Shown: positions 39,795-50,567 of the stretch, one piece after another
Layout: each line of letters opens with the position of its first letter
Numbering within the stretch: the stretch's first letter is position 1
Origin: Dehalococcoidia bacterium
GTDB taxonomy: Bacteria; Chloroflexota; Dehalococcoidia; Lucifugimonadales; UBA3495
NCBI GenBank assembly: GCA_030740155.1
Contig: JASLXV010000041.1
Location: 1-64,000, forward strand
Direction of reading: 5' to 3'
DNA: 64,000 bases
Notes under the pieces: generated by a model
What the model was told of the DNA's origin: nothing
Database searches by the model: none
Seen by the model: the letters and a program-made list of their open reading frames with translations, nothing else
Translations under genes and position numbers: made by a program

Positions 39795-39996
39795 GCAATC
39801 TCCATCATTACTGGTGCCGGAAAGCCAACGCCATTATAGCGGTATTCGTCGCGGGCCGCAGGGAACGTGACCGGTGAAAACGATAATCCGGCCCGGTGCT
39901 CGTGGCGCTGAGCGCCGGTAAGAAGCCTGAGCGGCTGGGCGCATCGGCCTTTTGCATCGGCCTTTTGAATGAGCAAATATCGGTAATAATCCCGAG

Positions 39997-40024
39997 TTGC
40001 ACCGGAGAAAACGTGGAGTATAAT
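39997..40024 (+). promoter_or_regulatory. sigma70-type promoter, probably leaderless transcript
   Basis: TTGCAC-16 nt-TATAAT ending 6 nt before GTG 40031. Confidence 0.65.
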
Positions 40025-40030
40025 GGCTCG

Positions 40031-40933
40031 GTGCCTGCACTTCTTGAAGCCAAAGGGCTAACGAAACACTACGGAAAAACCATCGCGTTGGAGTCCGTAA
40101 ATTTCGAAGTCCACGAGGGGATAACCGGCCTGCTGGGGCCCAACGGCGCCGGCAAGAGCACGGCGATCAAGCTGTTCCTGGGCCTCCTCAAGCCGACCGC
40201 CGGCTCCGCCGAGGTGATGGGCGAGAAGCCCTACGACTCCGTGGGAGTCCGAGGGCGTCTCGGCTACATGCCGGAACACGACTGTCTGTCCTCCGCCATA
40301 ACGGCGTCTGAGTTCCTGGCTCACATGGCGGAGGTCAGCGGTATACCGCCGGTCTACGCCCGGACCCGCGCCGCCGACATCATGCGGCACGTAGGGCTCG
40401 AGGAGGAGCGCTACCGCTCCATCGGCGAGTACTCCACCGGAATGAAGCAGCGGGTCAAACTGGCCCAGGCCCTGGCCCATGACCCGGCCATCGTCCTACT
40501 GGACGAGCCCACCGCGGGCCTCGACCCGGGCGGCCGGGAGGATATGTTGCGCCTGATCCGCCGCACCGGGCGGGAGTTCGGCATCAGCATCATTCTCTCG
40601 TCGCATCTGATGGGGGACATCGAGACCACCTGCGACCGGATAATCGTTCTTGAAGGCGGCCACGTGGTGGAGGACGGGGCCGTGTCCCGCTTCACCCAGG
40701 AGACCGAAACCATCTACATCGATGTCGACGGCCGTCGGGACGAACTGGTCGCGGCCCTTACGAAACGGAGAGTCGAGGCCACGGTCGACGGGCCCTCGTT
40801 GGCGGTTGAGCTGAAGAACGAATCGCAGTACGACGACATCCGCGACGCCCTTGTCGAGGTTGACGCCCGGTTGCGACGGTTAGCGCCTCGCCGCCACCAG
40901 CTGACCGACATTTTCCGGAGCGCCGGGAAATGA
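40031..40933 (+). CDS. ABC transporter ATPase
   Basis: GPNGAGKST, YSTGMKQR, LDEPTAGLDP. Confidence 0.93.
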   Translation: MPALLEAKGLTKHYGKTIALESVNFEVHEGITGLLGPNGAGKSTAIKLFLGLLKPTAGSAEVMGEKPYDSVGVRGRLGYMPEHDCLSSAITASEFLAHMAEVSGIPPVYARTRAADIMRHVGLEEERYRSIGEYSTGMKQRVKLAQALAHDPAIVLLDEPTAGLDPGGREDMLRLIRRTGREFGISIILSSHLMGDIETTCDRIIVLEGGHVVEDGAVSRFTQETETIYIDVDGRRDELVAALTKRRVEATVDGPSLAVELKNESQYDDIRDALVEVDARLRRLAPRRHQLTDIFRSAGK

Positions 40934-41868
40934 CCCAGTCGAGCGGTGAGCTGTTCGACCTGGGCTACCAGCACTACTAGGGTCCGCGCGAGGGAAGGAT
41001 GCGCGCCCGCAAGGCCGTGTTCGCCAACGGCTTTCGCACCACCCTTGGTCTTGGGCGCGGCTCTCTGGCCAAGGTCCTCCCCATCCTGCTCTTCGCCGCC
41101 GTCATGGCCCCGGCCGTGATCATTGCCCTAGTCGTCTCCCAACTCGAACCCCTGGCCGACTCTGTCCCCGACCACTCCAATTATTACCAAATCGTATCGA
41201 CAATCTTGATTCTTTTCTCCGCCATCATCGCCCCCGAGTTGCTCTGCCCAGACCGGCGCAATGGCGTCATCAGCCTGTACCTCGCGAGACTGTTGACGGC
41301 CACCGACTACGTCGCCGGGCGCTGGCTGGCGTTCTTCTCAATCACCCTCCTGCTGGTCTACTCCGGACAGATTGTCCTCTTCATTGGACTGGTCCTCTCC
41401 GCGGTAGAGCCGTGGGACTACCTCCGCGACAACTGGCTGGATATCCCCCGCTTCCTTGGGGCCGGCCTCGTGGTAGCGGCCTTCATCACCACGATACCGC
41501 TGGCCGTGGCCTCGTTCACCAACCGCCGCGCCTATGCTGCCGCGTTTGTAATCGGGTTCTTCATCATCTCCCACGCGGCCGGCAACATATTGACCGCATG
41601 CGAGGAGAATGGCGAACTGCGCCGGGACGTTCCCGCCGAGGCGCAGTGCGAACCCCTGACGGGAGACGCCGCCAAGTGGTTTAGCCTTGTTGCCATGTTC
41701 GCGGTGCCGATGCACGTGAGCGACATGATCTTCGGTGTTGAGGACGAAGAAGGGGACTCGGACCGGGTGGCGGAGTTGCCCAGCATTGTCCCCATCGGCT
41801 GGTACCTGCTGCTGACGGCGGGTCCGGGCTATGCCCTCTGGTGGCGCTATCGGAGGATATCGGCATGA
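40930..41868 (+). CDS. ABC permease with in-frame TAG at 40978-40980 (possible pseudogene; alternative start 40999)
   Basis: ATGA overlap with upstream stop; MTQSSGELFDLGYQHY-TAG-GPREGRMR in frame; DRRNGVISLYLAR permease motif. Confidence 0.8.
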
Positions 41869-42818
41869 GGACGACCGGGCCCTCCAGCGGTGCGTCCGCC
41901 ACGGACCCCGTCATCGACGTGCGCGGCGTCTCAAAATGGTTCGGCAACGTCGTGGCCGTCAACGAGGTCTCGCTGCAGGTCTATCCCGGCATAACGGGTC
42001 TGCTGGGGCCCAACGGCGCGGGCAAGACCACCCTGCTTCATCTCGTCGCGGGCCTGGCGAAATGCTCGGAAGGAGAAGTGAAGCTGCTCGGCGAACCGGT
42101 GCGTGATAATCACCGGTTGTATCGACGGATCGGCGTCATGTCGGAGCACGAGGCGGTCTACGGCTTCTTCACCGGGCGGCAGTTCGTGGAGTTCGCCGCC
42201 CGGCTGCACGGTCTGAGTCCGTTGGGACCGCCGGTGGACCGGGCCGTCGCGCTGGTGGGACTGACCGAGGCCCAGGGCCGCCCGCTGAGCACCTATTCGC
42301 GAGGGATGCGGCAGCGGACGCGGCTGGCCGCCACGCTGGTCCACGACCCCGAAATCCTGATATTGGACGAACCGCTCAACGGGACCGACCCTCGCCAACG
42401 CATCGAGTTCCATGAAGCCATGCTCCGCCTCGCCAGCGATGGCCGGACCATCCTCATCTCGTCCCATATCCTGGAAGAGGTTGAGACGCTGGCCACGCGC
42501 ATCCTCTTGATGGTCAGCAGTAAGCTGGCGGCGGCGGGCGATTTCCGGGCCATCCGCGCCAAGCTGGACGAGCAGGCCTACAAGGTCCGGGTGGTGACCG
42601 ACTCCCCACGGGCCATGGCGGCGGCGTTGGTCCGAATGGACGAGGTGGACTCGGTCAGCATGGGCGACGAAGGTGACCTGGTGGTCCTCAGCCGAAACGT
42701 TACCGCGCTCCAGAGGTCCATCCCCCGGCTCGCCCAGGAGCAGGGTCTGCGGCTGTTGCGCGTCGAGCCCATGGATGACTCGCTGGAGAGCATTTTCAGC
42801 TACGTGGTGGAGCGCTAG
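41865..42818 (+). CDS. ABC transporter ATPase
   Basis: GPNGAGKTT, YSRGMRQR, LDEPLNG.DP. Confidence 0.93.
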   Translation: MRTTGPSSGASATDPVIDVRGVSKWFGNVVAVNEVSLQVYPGITGLLGPNGAGKTTLLHLVAGLAKCSEGEVKLLGEPVRDNHRLYRRIGVMSEHEAVYGFFTGRQFVEFAARLHGLSPLGPPVDRAVALVGLTEAQGRPLSTYSRGMRQRTRLAATLVHDPEILILDEPLNGTDPRQRIEFHEAMLRLASDGRTILISSHILEEVETLATRILLMVSSKLAAAGDFRAIRAKLDEQAYKVRVVTDSPRAMAAALVRMDEVDSVSMGDEGDLVVLSRNVTALQRSIPRLAQEQGLRLLRVEPMDDSLESIFSYVVER

Positions 42819-43544
42819 ATGGGCACCGTGTTCTGGTTGTCGTTGCGCCAATCGACAGGGCGGTGGCGCCTCGCGCTGGTCTTCTTCCTGGCGGCGCTGC
42901 CGGTCGGCCTGGCCATACTACTGTCTCTGTTCGCCGACGAAGACTCTGGGTACAGAGAGGGCTTCATCAACGTCCTGATCGACGGATTGACCGTCGGCGG
43001 TATCCTGCCCATCGTCACCATGGCGTTTTCAACGGCGGCATTTGGCAACGAGCTGGAAGACCGAACCCTGAGCTACCTGGTGCTAAAGCCCATACCCCGG
43101 TGGCAGATCGTGCTGCCGAAAATGCTCGCATCCGTGGCCATCAGCGGCCCGCTGCTGATCGTGAGCGGAGTCGTGGCGATGGTGGTGGGGCTCGACGCCG
43201 AACCTCGGGCCGCGGCGGCCGTCGGTCTGGCCCTGCTCGCGGGTGTCGCGGCCTACGCGGCCATCTTCACCTGGGCCGGGCTCGTCACCAGCCGGGCCCT
43301 CCCCTTCGCCCTCGTATACGTTTTCCTGTGGGAAGGGCTGATCGGCTCGTTCATCAATGGCGTCGGCTACCTCAGCGTGCGGGGCTACACCCTGGCTGTC
43401 ATGCACGGGATCGATGAGCCGGGATTCGAGACATTGAGTTCGAGGGTGATCGAGTTTCCCGCTGCCCTCGTGGGTGCGGCCGGCGTGACCGTGGTGTTCT
43501 TCTGGCTGACGGTACGCCAGATGCGGCGGATGGACGTGCCCTAG
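42819..43544 (+). CDS. ABC transporter permease
   Basis: ELEDRTLSYLVLKP; hydrophobic segments. Confidence 0.9.
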   Translation: MGTVFWLSLRQSTGRWRLALVFFLAALPVGLAILLSLFADEDSGYREGFINVLIDGLTVGGILPIVTMAFSTAAFGNELEDRTLSYLVLKPIPRWQIVLPKMLASVAISGPLLIVSGVVAMVVGLDAEPRAAAAVGLALLAGVAAYAAIFTWAGLVTSRALPFALVYVFLWEGLIGSFINGVGYLSVRGYTLAVMHGIDEPGFETLSSRVIEFPAALVGAAGVTVVFFWLTVRQMRRMDVP

Positions 43545-43957
43545 CGGCCCGTTGCCGCCTCATTAGCCCAATTCGCCTCCTGGCTGCATCACCGCCCGGC
43601 GTTGGCTGGGCGGTTCCTCTTGCCGAAACCGCGGACCGCTCCGGGCCAAGCTGGTGGTAAGATGACGCCGTACCCCGCTGATTCGCCCGCTTTGCAGGGT
43701 ATGATTCTTGCCCGGGCGGACGGTCACAGGTGCGGGTCCGCCCGCGGATTTCTGGCGCCGAGGACTTCAACCTAATGCTACAATCAGGACCGGCCCGGTA
43801 TACGCCAGACGGAGGCCGCCGTCCGGAGGCATTCCCCCCAGCTTTGGCGAGCGCGCCCGCGTGCTCCCCGTGGGTTCAATGAATATGCGGGGCAGGCGCG
43901 ACGCTGCCCCCGCCGGCTTGACGGGCCGGCTTTCTTCGCCGGCCGCGATGAGGCCGG

Positions 43958-45289
43958 ATGAGTAGTATTGCTTCAACTCTCCGCCACCCGCGAAGAATAG
44001 CCCTCGGATGGAGACTGCTCGGACTGGTCAGCGTTATCGTGGCGCTGAACAGCAGCTTCTTCGAAAGAGGCGCCACCATCTACCTGATTCCGGTGCAGGC
44101 CAGCTTGAACCTCAGCCGGGCCAGAGCTTCGCTCATCTTCTCGCTGGCCCGTTCCGAAGGGGCCATGGGGGGGCCACTGGTGGGTTACGCGGTCGACCGG
44201 TTCGGCACCAAGAAGACGATGACCGTCGGCGCGATACTCGCGGGAATCGGGTTCATTATCTTCGGCACCGCTTCCAGCTTCTGGGCCTTCGCCGTGGCCT
44301 ACATGCTGTTCATTTCCTTTGGGGCCACGATGGCTTTCCAAGACGCCACGTCTGCCTGGGTCAACACCTGGTTCAACCGGTTCCGGGTGCGGGCCATGGC
44401 GGTTCGTGAGGTTTCGGGGAACCTGGGCTCATCCATCATGATACCCATCATGGTCATGTTGATCGCGGCGTACTCCTGGCGGACCGTCGCGATAATGGCT
44501 GCGGTGGCCTACCTGGCCATCATCTTGCCGCTCACCCAGATGCTGAAAGACTCTCCGGAAAACGTTGGTCTGCTGCCCGATGGAGTGACCCCGGAAGAAG
44601 AGTCCATCGCTCGAGAGGCCGCGGTGCAGAGACAGTCTGCCGCCGCCCGGCGGGGAGCCAGTTACCAACGCCAGGTCGATTTTACCGTTAAGGAGGCCTT
44701 GGGGACCTCCTCCTTCTGGTTTCTGCTGGGCGGCACCACGCTCCGGCACGTGGCCAAGGCGGGGGTAGAGGTACACTTGATCGCCATTTTCCAGTGGCGG
44801 GGGCTGGATGCGGCTACCGCCGGCTTGATCTTCACTCTGTGGGTGGCGATGAATATTCCGGCCAAGCTGGTCCTCGGATACTTCGCGCACCGGGCTCCAA
44901 GACGGACAACCCTGGCCGTGGGTGTACTGCTCTACGTCGTGGCTTTCATGCTGCTGCTGAATGCCCATGAGGTTTGGCTCATCGCTCTCGCGGCGGCCAT
45001 CGGCGGGACCTCCGAGGCGATCACTCCCCTGAATTGGGGGACTCTGGGCGATTACTTTGGGCGGCGGTATTACGCCACTCTGAGGGGGGTTATCAACCTT
45101 AGCTACAGCTGGGCCTGGCTGGTCATGCCCGTCGCCGCGGGCTGGTGGTTCGATCACCACGCGAACTACTCGGTCCCCTTGGTGGTAGCCTCCATCGCCG
45201 CCATTCTTTCGGCGGTTGCCTATGCTCTGATCCGGCGCCCACCTCTGCCGGCGCGGCTGGCTGCCCTAAGCAAGGTGGTCGAAAGCTAG
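43958..45289 (+). CDS. MFS transporter, same subfamily as 38460-39794
   Basis: GYAVDRFG, SPENVGLLPDG, DFT.KEAL, DYFGRRYYATLRG. Confidence 0.92.
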   Translation: MSSIASTLRHPRRIALGWRLLGLVSVIVALNSSFFERGATIYLIPVQASLNLSRARASLIFSLARSEGAMGGPLVGYAVDRFGTKKTMTVGAILAGIGFIIFGTASSFWAFAVAYMLFISFGATMAFQDATSAWVNTWFNRFRVRAMAVREVSGNLGSSIMIPIMVMLIAAYSWRTVAIMAAVAYLAIILPLTQMLKDSPENVGLLPDGVTPEEESIAREAAVQRQSAAARRGASYQRQVDFTVKEALGTSSFWFLLGGTTLRHVAKAGVEVHLIAIFQWRGLDAATAGLIFTLWVAMNIPAKLVLGYFAHRAPRRTTLAVGVLLYVVAFMLLLNAHEVWLIALAAAIGGTSEAITPLNWGTLGDYFGRRYYATLRGVINLSYSWAWLVMPVAAGWWFDHHANYSVPLVVASIAAILSAVAYALIRRPPLPARLAALSKVVES

Positions 45290-45597
45290 GAGCCTTCTCC
45301 CTCCGCTGCCTTGGAAATTCAAATCGCTAGGCGGGCTGAGGGAAACCCTTGAGGAGGTACGGTCCATCTGAGGAATCGCTTCAGAGTTGGTGGCTGGGAG
45401 CCGGCATTCAAATTCCCACCCAACCGCCCAGAAAAGAGTTTGAGGAGCATTGCAACCGCCGTGCCGATCGTCAATCCAAGGGTAAGCCCAGCGGGCTTGC
45501 CGGGCACCCGCCTGCCAGCGGGGTGCGGGAATAGAGGCCCTCGTCCACGTCTCCGGAAACGTGAGGAAGTCCGGTAGCCGGACCCAGGGCGGGTGGC

Positions 45598-47078
45598 TCA
45601 GCCGTGGTTGTTTTCATGGGTACCGCCGACTCGCGTCCAGTGGTGTCCGGTCTGGGCCAACAGCCGGTCGGCGGCCTCGGGACCCCACGAGCCGGGCTCG
45701 TAGACTTGCCGTGTGGGCGTGTCCCGGCCGTCTTGTTCCACCAGCAGCGGTTCGACGATCCGCCACGCCTCTTCGATATGGTCACTCCGGATAAATAGCG
45801 AGGCGTCCCCCTCCAGGGAATCCTGCAGCAACCGTTCGTAGGCCTCGGGGATGGCCTGCTCGGTGAAAGCCGACTCGTAGTGGAACTCCATGTCCTCCGT
45901 ACGCGTCAGCATGCCCTGGTCGGGGACCTTGACGCCGAACTGGAGGTGCACCCCCTCGTCGGGTTGGAGGCGCATGGAGAGAAGGTTCGGACTCAGGGCC
46001 TCTCCAGGACTCGCCGAAAACATCATGTGCGGCGGACGGCGAAACTGGATCGCGATCTCGGTTATCTTGTCGTTCATCGCTTTTCCGGTGCGCAGGTAGA
46101 AGGGCACTCCGTGCCAGCGCCAGTTGTCGACATAGAGGCGCAATGCCGCGTAGGTGGCGGTGCTCGACCCAGAGGCCACGCCCGGTTCGTCGAGGTAACC
46201 CCGGTACTGGCCGAGGACGGTGCTCCGTGCCGCCTCCTCGGGGGTCCAGCGCCGGATTGCTCTCAGCACCTCGACCTTATGATTGCGCAGGGAGTCGGCG
46301 TCCATGGCGCTGGGCGGCTCCATGGCCACCATGGTGAGTAGTTGGAGCAGATGGTTCTGCACCATGTCACGGACCACTCCGGACTGGTCGTAGTAGCCCG
46401 CCCGGTCACCCACCGGGACCGTCTCCGCCGCGGTAATCTGAACGCTGTCCACGTAGGTGCGGTTCCACAGCGGCTCGAAGATGGTGTTGGCGAAACGGAA
46501 GACCAGGATGTTCTGCACCGTCTCTTTGCCCAGGTAATGGTCGATGCGGTATACCTGGCGCTCGTCGAAGACCCGGTGCACCAGGTCGTTCAGGGACCGG
46601 GCGGATTCCAGGTCCTTGCCAAAGGGCTTCTCGATCACCACCCGGCGCCAGCCGGCTCCGGTAGCAGAGAGCGCGGACCCTCCCAGGTTCTTCACCGCGG
46701 TCCCGAAGAAGCGCGGGCGATGGACAGGTAGAACAACCGGTTACCGGCGCCGTCACCGCCCTCCAGCTCCTCCAGCCGCTGCCGCAGTCCGACGTAGTCT
46801 TCGGGCTCGTCGAGGTCGCCACGGACGTAGAAGATGTTCTGGGCGAACATGCTCCACTCATCCCGGCGCAGTGCCAGATCGCCGAACTGGCGGACGCTGT
46901 CTCCCATGAGGTCGCGGAACCGGTCGTCGGAGTACTCCTGGCGGGAGAAGCCCACGATGCGCAGATTCTCGGGGAGGCGGCCCTTGCACCCGAGCTGAAA
47001 CAGGGCCGGCAGCAGCTTGCGCCGGGCCAGGTCGCCGGTACCGCCCATAATAACGATGGTGGTGGTCTCGCCGGCCAT
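45598..47078 (-). pseudogene. zwf: Glucose-6-phosphate dehydrogenase split by a 1-nt frameshift near 46716
   Basis: GGTGDLARRKL in the 5' [27 protein letters not shown] in the 3' ORF. Confidence 0.9.
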
Positions 47079-47080
47079 GA

Positions 47081-48010
47081 CTATGACCTCCCTTCGGCCT
47101 CGCTCTGGGCAGGCTTCACCGCGTGGCCCCCGAACCGGTTGCGCAGGGCAGCCAGCATTTTGACTCCGAAAGGCCCATCCTGACGGGAGCGGAAGCGTTG
47201 TTGCAACGAGAGGGTGATGACCGGCGCGGGCACCGCCAGGTCAATCGATTCCTGCACCGTCCAGCGGCCCTCCCCCGAATCGTCGACGTAGGCTTCCAGG
47301 CTGTCGAGTTTGGGGTCCTCTTCCAACGCGGTGGCGGCCAAGTCCAGCAGCCAGGAGCGTACCACGCTGCCGTAGCGCCAGCCCTCGGCGATCTGGCCCA
47401 AATCCAGACCGAACTCCTTCTTGGCTTCCATGATCTCGAAGCCCTCGGCGTAGGCCTGCATCATGCCATACTCGATGCCGTTGTGCACCATCTTCACGAA
47501 ATGGCCCGCGCCGGCGGGTCCCACATGGCTGAGGCCCTGGTTTTCGCCGGGAGCCAGGGTCTGGAAGATGGGCTCCAGGCGCTGATATACCTGCTTCTTC
47601 CCGCCGATCATCAGGGCGTAGCCTTCGGCCAGCCCCCAGATGCCGCCGCTGGTGCCCACGTCCATGAAATCGATGTCGTGCCCCGCCAGTTTTTCGGCCC
47701 GGCGCATGCTGTCTTTGTAGTTGGAATTGCCGCCATCGAGAACGGTGTCCCCGGCCGACAACAGGGGTATCAGGCTGTCGATGGTGTCTTCAGTGGGCTG
47801 CCCAGCTGGAACCATAACCCATACGGCACGGGGTTGGGATATCTGGCCGGCCAGGTCCTCCAGGGAGGACGAACCCACCGCTCCCTGGGCCTGGCTGGCA
47901 GCCACCGCTTCGGGGCTCCGATCGTAGGTCACCACCCGGTGCCCGCCCTTCAACAAACGCTGCACCATATTCCCGCCCATGCGGCCCAGGCCGACTATGC
48001 CTATTTCCAT
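47081..48010 (-). CDS. gnd: 6-phosphogluconate dehydrogenase, short form
   Basis: GLGRMG, DGGNS, DVGTSGG, GHFVKMVHNGIEY, DSGEGRW, FGGH. Confidence 0.96.
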   Translation of the reverse strand: MEIGIVGLGRMGGNMVQRLLKGGHRVVTYDRSPEAVAASQAQGAVGSSSLEDLAGQISQPRAVWVMVPAGQPTEDTIDSLIPLLSAGDTVLDGGNSNYKDSMRRAEKLAGHDIDFMDVGTSGGIWGLAEGYALMIGGKKQVYQRLEPIFQTLAPGENQGLSHVGPAGAGHFVKMVHNGIEYGMMQAYAEGFEIMEAKKEFGLDLGQIAEGWRYGSVVRSWLLDLAATALEEDPKLDSLEAYVDDSGEGRWTVQESIDLAVPAPVITLSLQQRFRSRQDGPFGVKMLAALRNRFGGHAVKPAQSEAEGRS

Positions 48011-48087
48011 GATGGACTCCCTCCGTGTTTGACGGTGTTGGGTGTTGGTAGGGTTTGGTCTTTGTTGAATGATAGCTGGTGGGGGGC

Positions 48088-48220
48088 GAAATCCCCCTAA
48101 TCTCCCTTTACGAAAGGGGGACTTTTGGAGTTTGTTCAGTAGCCGGCGGGGTGGTTCGACCGGCTCATCACGAACGGGGGACGGGGGAAGGTCCCCGTTC
48201 GGTCTGAGCTTGTCGAAGGA
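48088..48220. repeat. Cluster of REP-like palindromes
   Basis: CCCTTTACGAAAGGG and inverted pair TGGTTCGAC...ACGAACGG / CCGTTCG...TGTCGAAGG. Confidence 0.8.
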
Positions 48221-48302
48221 CTGGGAGTGGCCCCCATTTACGCTGCTGGATAGGCTCTGAAGGCAATTTGCTCCTTGTGGGGCTCGGCATTGGGCCCGCG
48301 GC

Positions 48303-49241
48303 CTAGCGGGCGGCCGCCTTGGCGCGGGCGTCGATGAACAGCCGGTAGAGCCGCCCGTAGGTGCCCGCGATACGGCTGACCGCTTCGGCTCGGGATATGC
48401 CTCCGTCCTTGTACTCCACCAGGGGCGCCCAGAATACGGTCCTGCCCACGGCAAAGCCGATGACACCCTCGGTCTGGGCGCCGATGGTCAGCCAGTCTTG
48501 GACCCGCTGTTCGTTCTCTCCGCGCCCCAGGACGATCACGCCAACGTTGTCCCGGCCGCCGGCGCGGGCCTGGGCCACCACGTTGCCCGCCGCTTGCCGG
48601 TCGTCCACCCCCTCCAATTTCCAGACGTCCGGCTCGATTCCCGCCTCTTGAAGCTCCTTGATGGACCGCACCACCAGGTCCGGGCGAACGTCCCGGTCGT
48701 AGACATGGCTGTCCTGCCCCGCCGCTTCCAGCTGGCTTTCGGTGGCGGGCGCCAGCAGCTCGAACATGAACTTGAGCCCCGCCGAGTGGGTGTGGTCGGA
48801 GAGCACCTTCAGCCGGCGGCGCTGGTTCGCGTTTCCAGCTCCGTCTCCATCGGGGTTGTACCGCACCAGTGCCTTGGCGAAGGTTGGCGCCGCGTCCCGC
48901 AGGCGCTTTCCGAAGTCGTCTCCGTACTCGAAATCGAATTCGGCCTGGCCGCTCTTCTCCACCGAGGTGCAGGTCGTGATGCCCCGCCGGTTCGCGTCGG
49001 CGAGGATTGCTTCGCCGTACTTCTGGTCCACCAGGATTGCGGCGATGTCGCCGGGCACCCCCTGTTCGAGAGCTTCCAGGAAGCCTTCGAAGATGACCCG
49101 TTTGTACGCCGAAAGCTGCTCCACCTCGTCGGGGCTGGCCGGCCGGCCGCGGATCCCTAGCAGGCCGGCTTCGAATGAGCTTCGGTGGTCGAAAGGCAGA
49201 ATGAAAAGGTTCTTGCCGTAGCCCAGAGTTGAGACGTCCAT
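48303..49241 (-). CDS. Stand-alone DUF2090 / IolC C-terminal-like class I aldolase domain
   Basis: LFILPFDHRSSF, KALVRYNP, FMFELL, GIEPDVWKLEG, VLGRG, GFAVGRT. Confidence 0.85.
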   Translation of the reverse strand: MDVSTLGYGKNLFILPFDHRSSFEAGLLGIRGRPASPDEVEQLSAYKRVIFEGFLEALEQGVPGDIAAILVDQKYGEAILADANRRGITTCTSVEKSGQAEFDFEYGDDFGKRLRDAAPTFAKALVRYNPDGDGAGNANQRRRLKVLSDHTHSAGLKFMFELLAPATESQLEAAGQDSHVYDRDVRPDLVVRSIKELQEAGIEPDVWKLEGVDDRQAAGNVVAQARAGGRDNVGVIVLGRGENEQRVQDWLTIGAQTEGVIGFAVGRTVFWAPLVEYKDGGISRAEAVSRIAGTYGRLYRLFIDARAKAAAR

Positions 49242-49290
49242 TAGTGTGCCTCCTTTCGATTCGTTAATTGCACGCCGGGCACGGAGCGGG

Positions 49291-50049
49291 TCAGTGCGCC
49301 GTCCGGTCATGTTCGGCAATCCGCTCCTTCACCACGTCGAGCAGCTTCTCGTGGTCGTGGACGACCCAAGCGTGGTCCAACACCTGGCTGGCCTGGCTTG
49401 AATGAAGCCCCGCGATGGTGAAGGGTGTGGCCACGGCTACCACGTTGGCGCCGGCGGCGACGGCCGCCCGCACGCCGTTCGGCGAGTCTTCCAGCACCAG
49501 GCAGTCCTGGGGTTCAACCCCCAGCTTCCGGGCTGCCAGCAGGTAGATTTCCGGGTCCGGTTTGGCCTGCTTCACGTCCTCGCGGGTCAGGATCACGTCC
49601 AACGCCTGCTCAAGGTCGAGGACCCGCAGGATATGCAGCGCCTCTTTGCAGTACGACATGGTCGCCAGGGCGGTCCGGCAATGGGTGTCCTTGGCAATAC
49701 GCAGCAGGCCGACGGTGTGAGGCCATTGGTTGTCCCGGATGACCTGAGGGTCGGCGACGATCTCATCGTAGATCTTGGTCCGCATGGCGGTGAGCACTTC
49801 CCAGGGCTCGGCCACGCCGTACTCGGCCAGCAGCGGACGGGTCTCGGTTTCGAGCCCGAGGCTGTCCAGGATATGCTTGGAGGCGACATCCCGGGCGGCG
49901 CCCACTATCTCCCGGTAGGCCTCGATGGCCTGGGGATCGGGTTCGGCCAGCCCCCGCAGCCGCTGGGCGGCCACCCCGTAAGAAAATGCTTTAAGTTTTT
50001 CGGTCTGCACCAGCGTACCGTCCAGATCGAACACGATCGCACTGATCAA
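49291..50049 (-). CDS. HAD-family phosphatase
   Basis: FDLDGTL, KPDPEIY, LEDSPNGV. Confidence 0.92.
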   Translation of the reverse strand: MISAIVFDLDGTLVQTEKLKAFSYGVAAQRLRGLAEPDPQAIEAYREIVGAARDVASKHILDSLGLETETRPLLAEYGVAEPWEVLTAMRTKIYDEIVADPQVIRDNQWPHTVGLLRIAKDTHCRTALATMSYCKEALHILRVLDLEQALDVILTREDVKQAKPDPEIYLLAARKLGVEPQDCLVLEDSPNGVRAAVAAGANVVAVATPFTIAGLHSSQASQVLDHAWVVHDHEKLLDVVKERIAEHDRTAH

Positions 50050-50321
50050 CGTGCACCTCTTCAGGCCGGACTCGAAACACCCTCTTCACCGGACGCCAAT
50101 CGCGCGAAGGAAGGGCGTTTCAGCTTACATCCCGTCCGGGTTAGGCTCCTCAAATAGCCCCGGCGATAGGGCCGGGAGCCAGGGCAAAATGCGCCCTGGA
50201 TGCGGGCGCCGGTTCCCGTTCATTCGGAGAGCTTCTAAAATAGCTGGTGACGCGGCCTCCTTGCTCACCTTGGTCCTACCGCCTGCCCGCCGTTCCCCGG
50301 CCTGACCGCCTTCATCGATCC

Positions 50322-50453
50322 GGCCCACCCTCGTCGTTCTGGCCCACCCTCGTCATTCCGGCGTAGGCCGGAATCCACGTGCACCTTTCGTGACAAGAGC
50401 AAACGTTGCAGTGTAGTTTACGCCCCTGGGTTCCGGCTTTCGCCGGAACGACG
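50322..50453. repeat. REP-like doublet with a duplicated 19-bp left end
   Basis: GGCCCACCCTCGTCGTTCT / GGCCCACCCTCGTCATTCC then GGCGTAGGCCGGAATCCA ... TGGGTTCCGGCTTTCGCCGGAACGACG. Confidence 0.8.
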
Positions 50454-50567
50454 AAGGTGGGGCATATTATTAGTATGCCCAGCCCAATAACTAAAAACTA
50501 GTCGCCACGTCCTTGAACCCCTGCGGAGAGCGTGTGTACGGTCTTTCAGAACATGGCCGGGGATGCG

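Noticed and set aside
45319..45617. pgl or opcA downstream of zwf
   Set aside because: The short frames show no recognisable motifs
48011..48466. N-terminal extension of Gnd
   Set aside because: Runs through REP-like palindromes; SD and MEIGIVGLG mark the start at 48010
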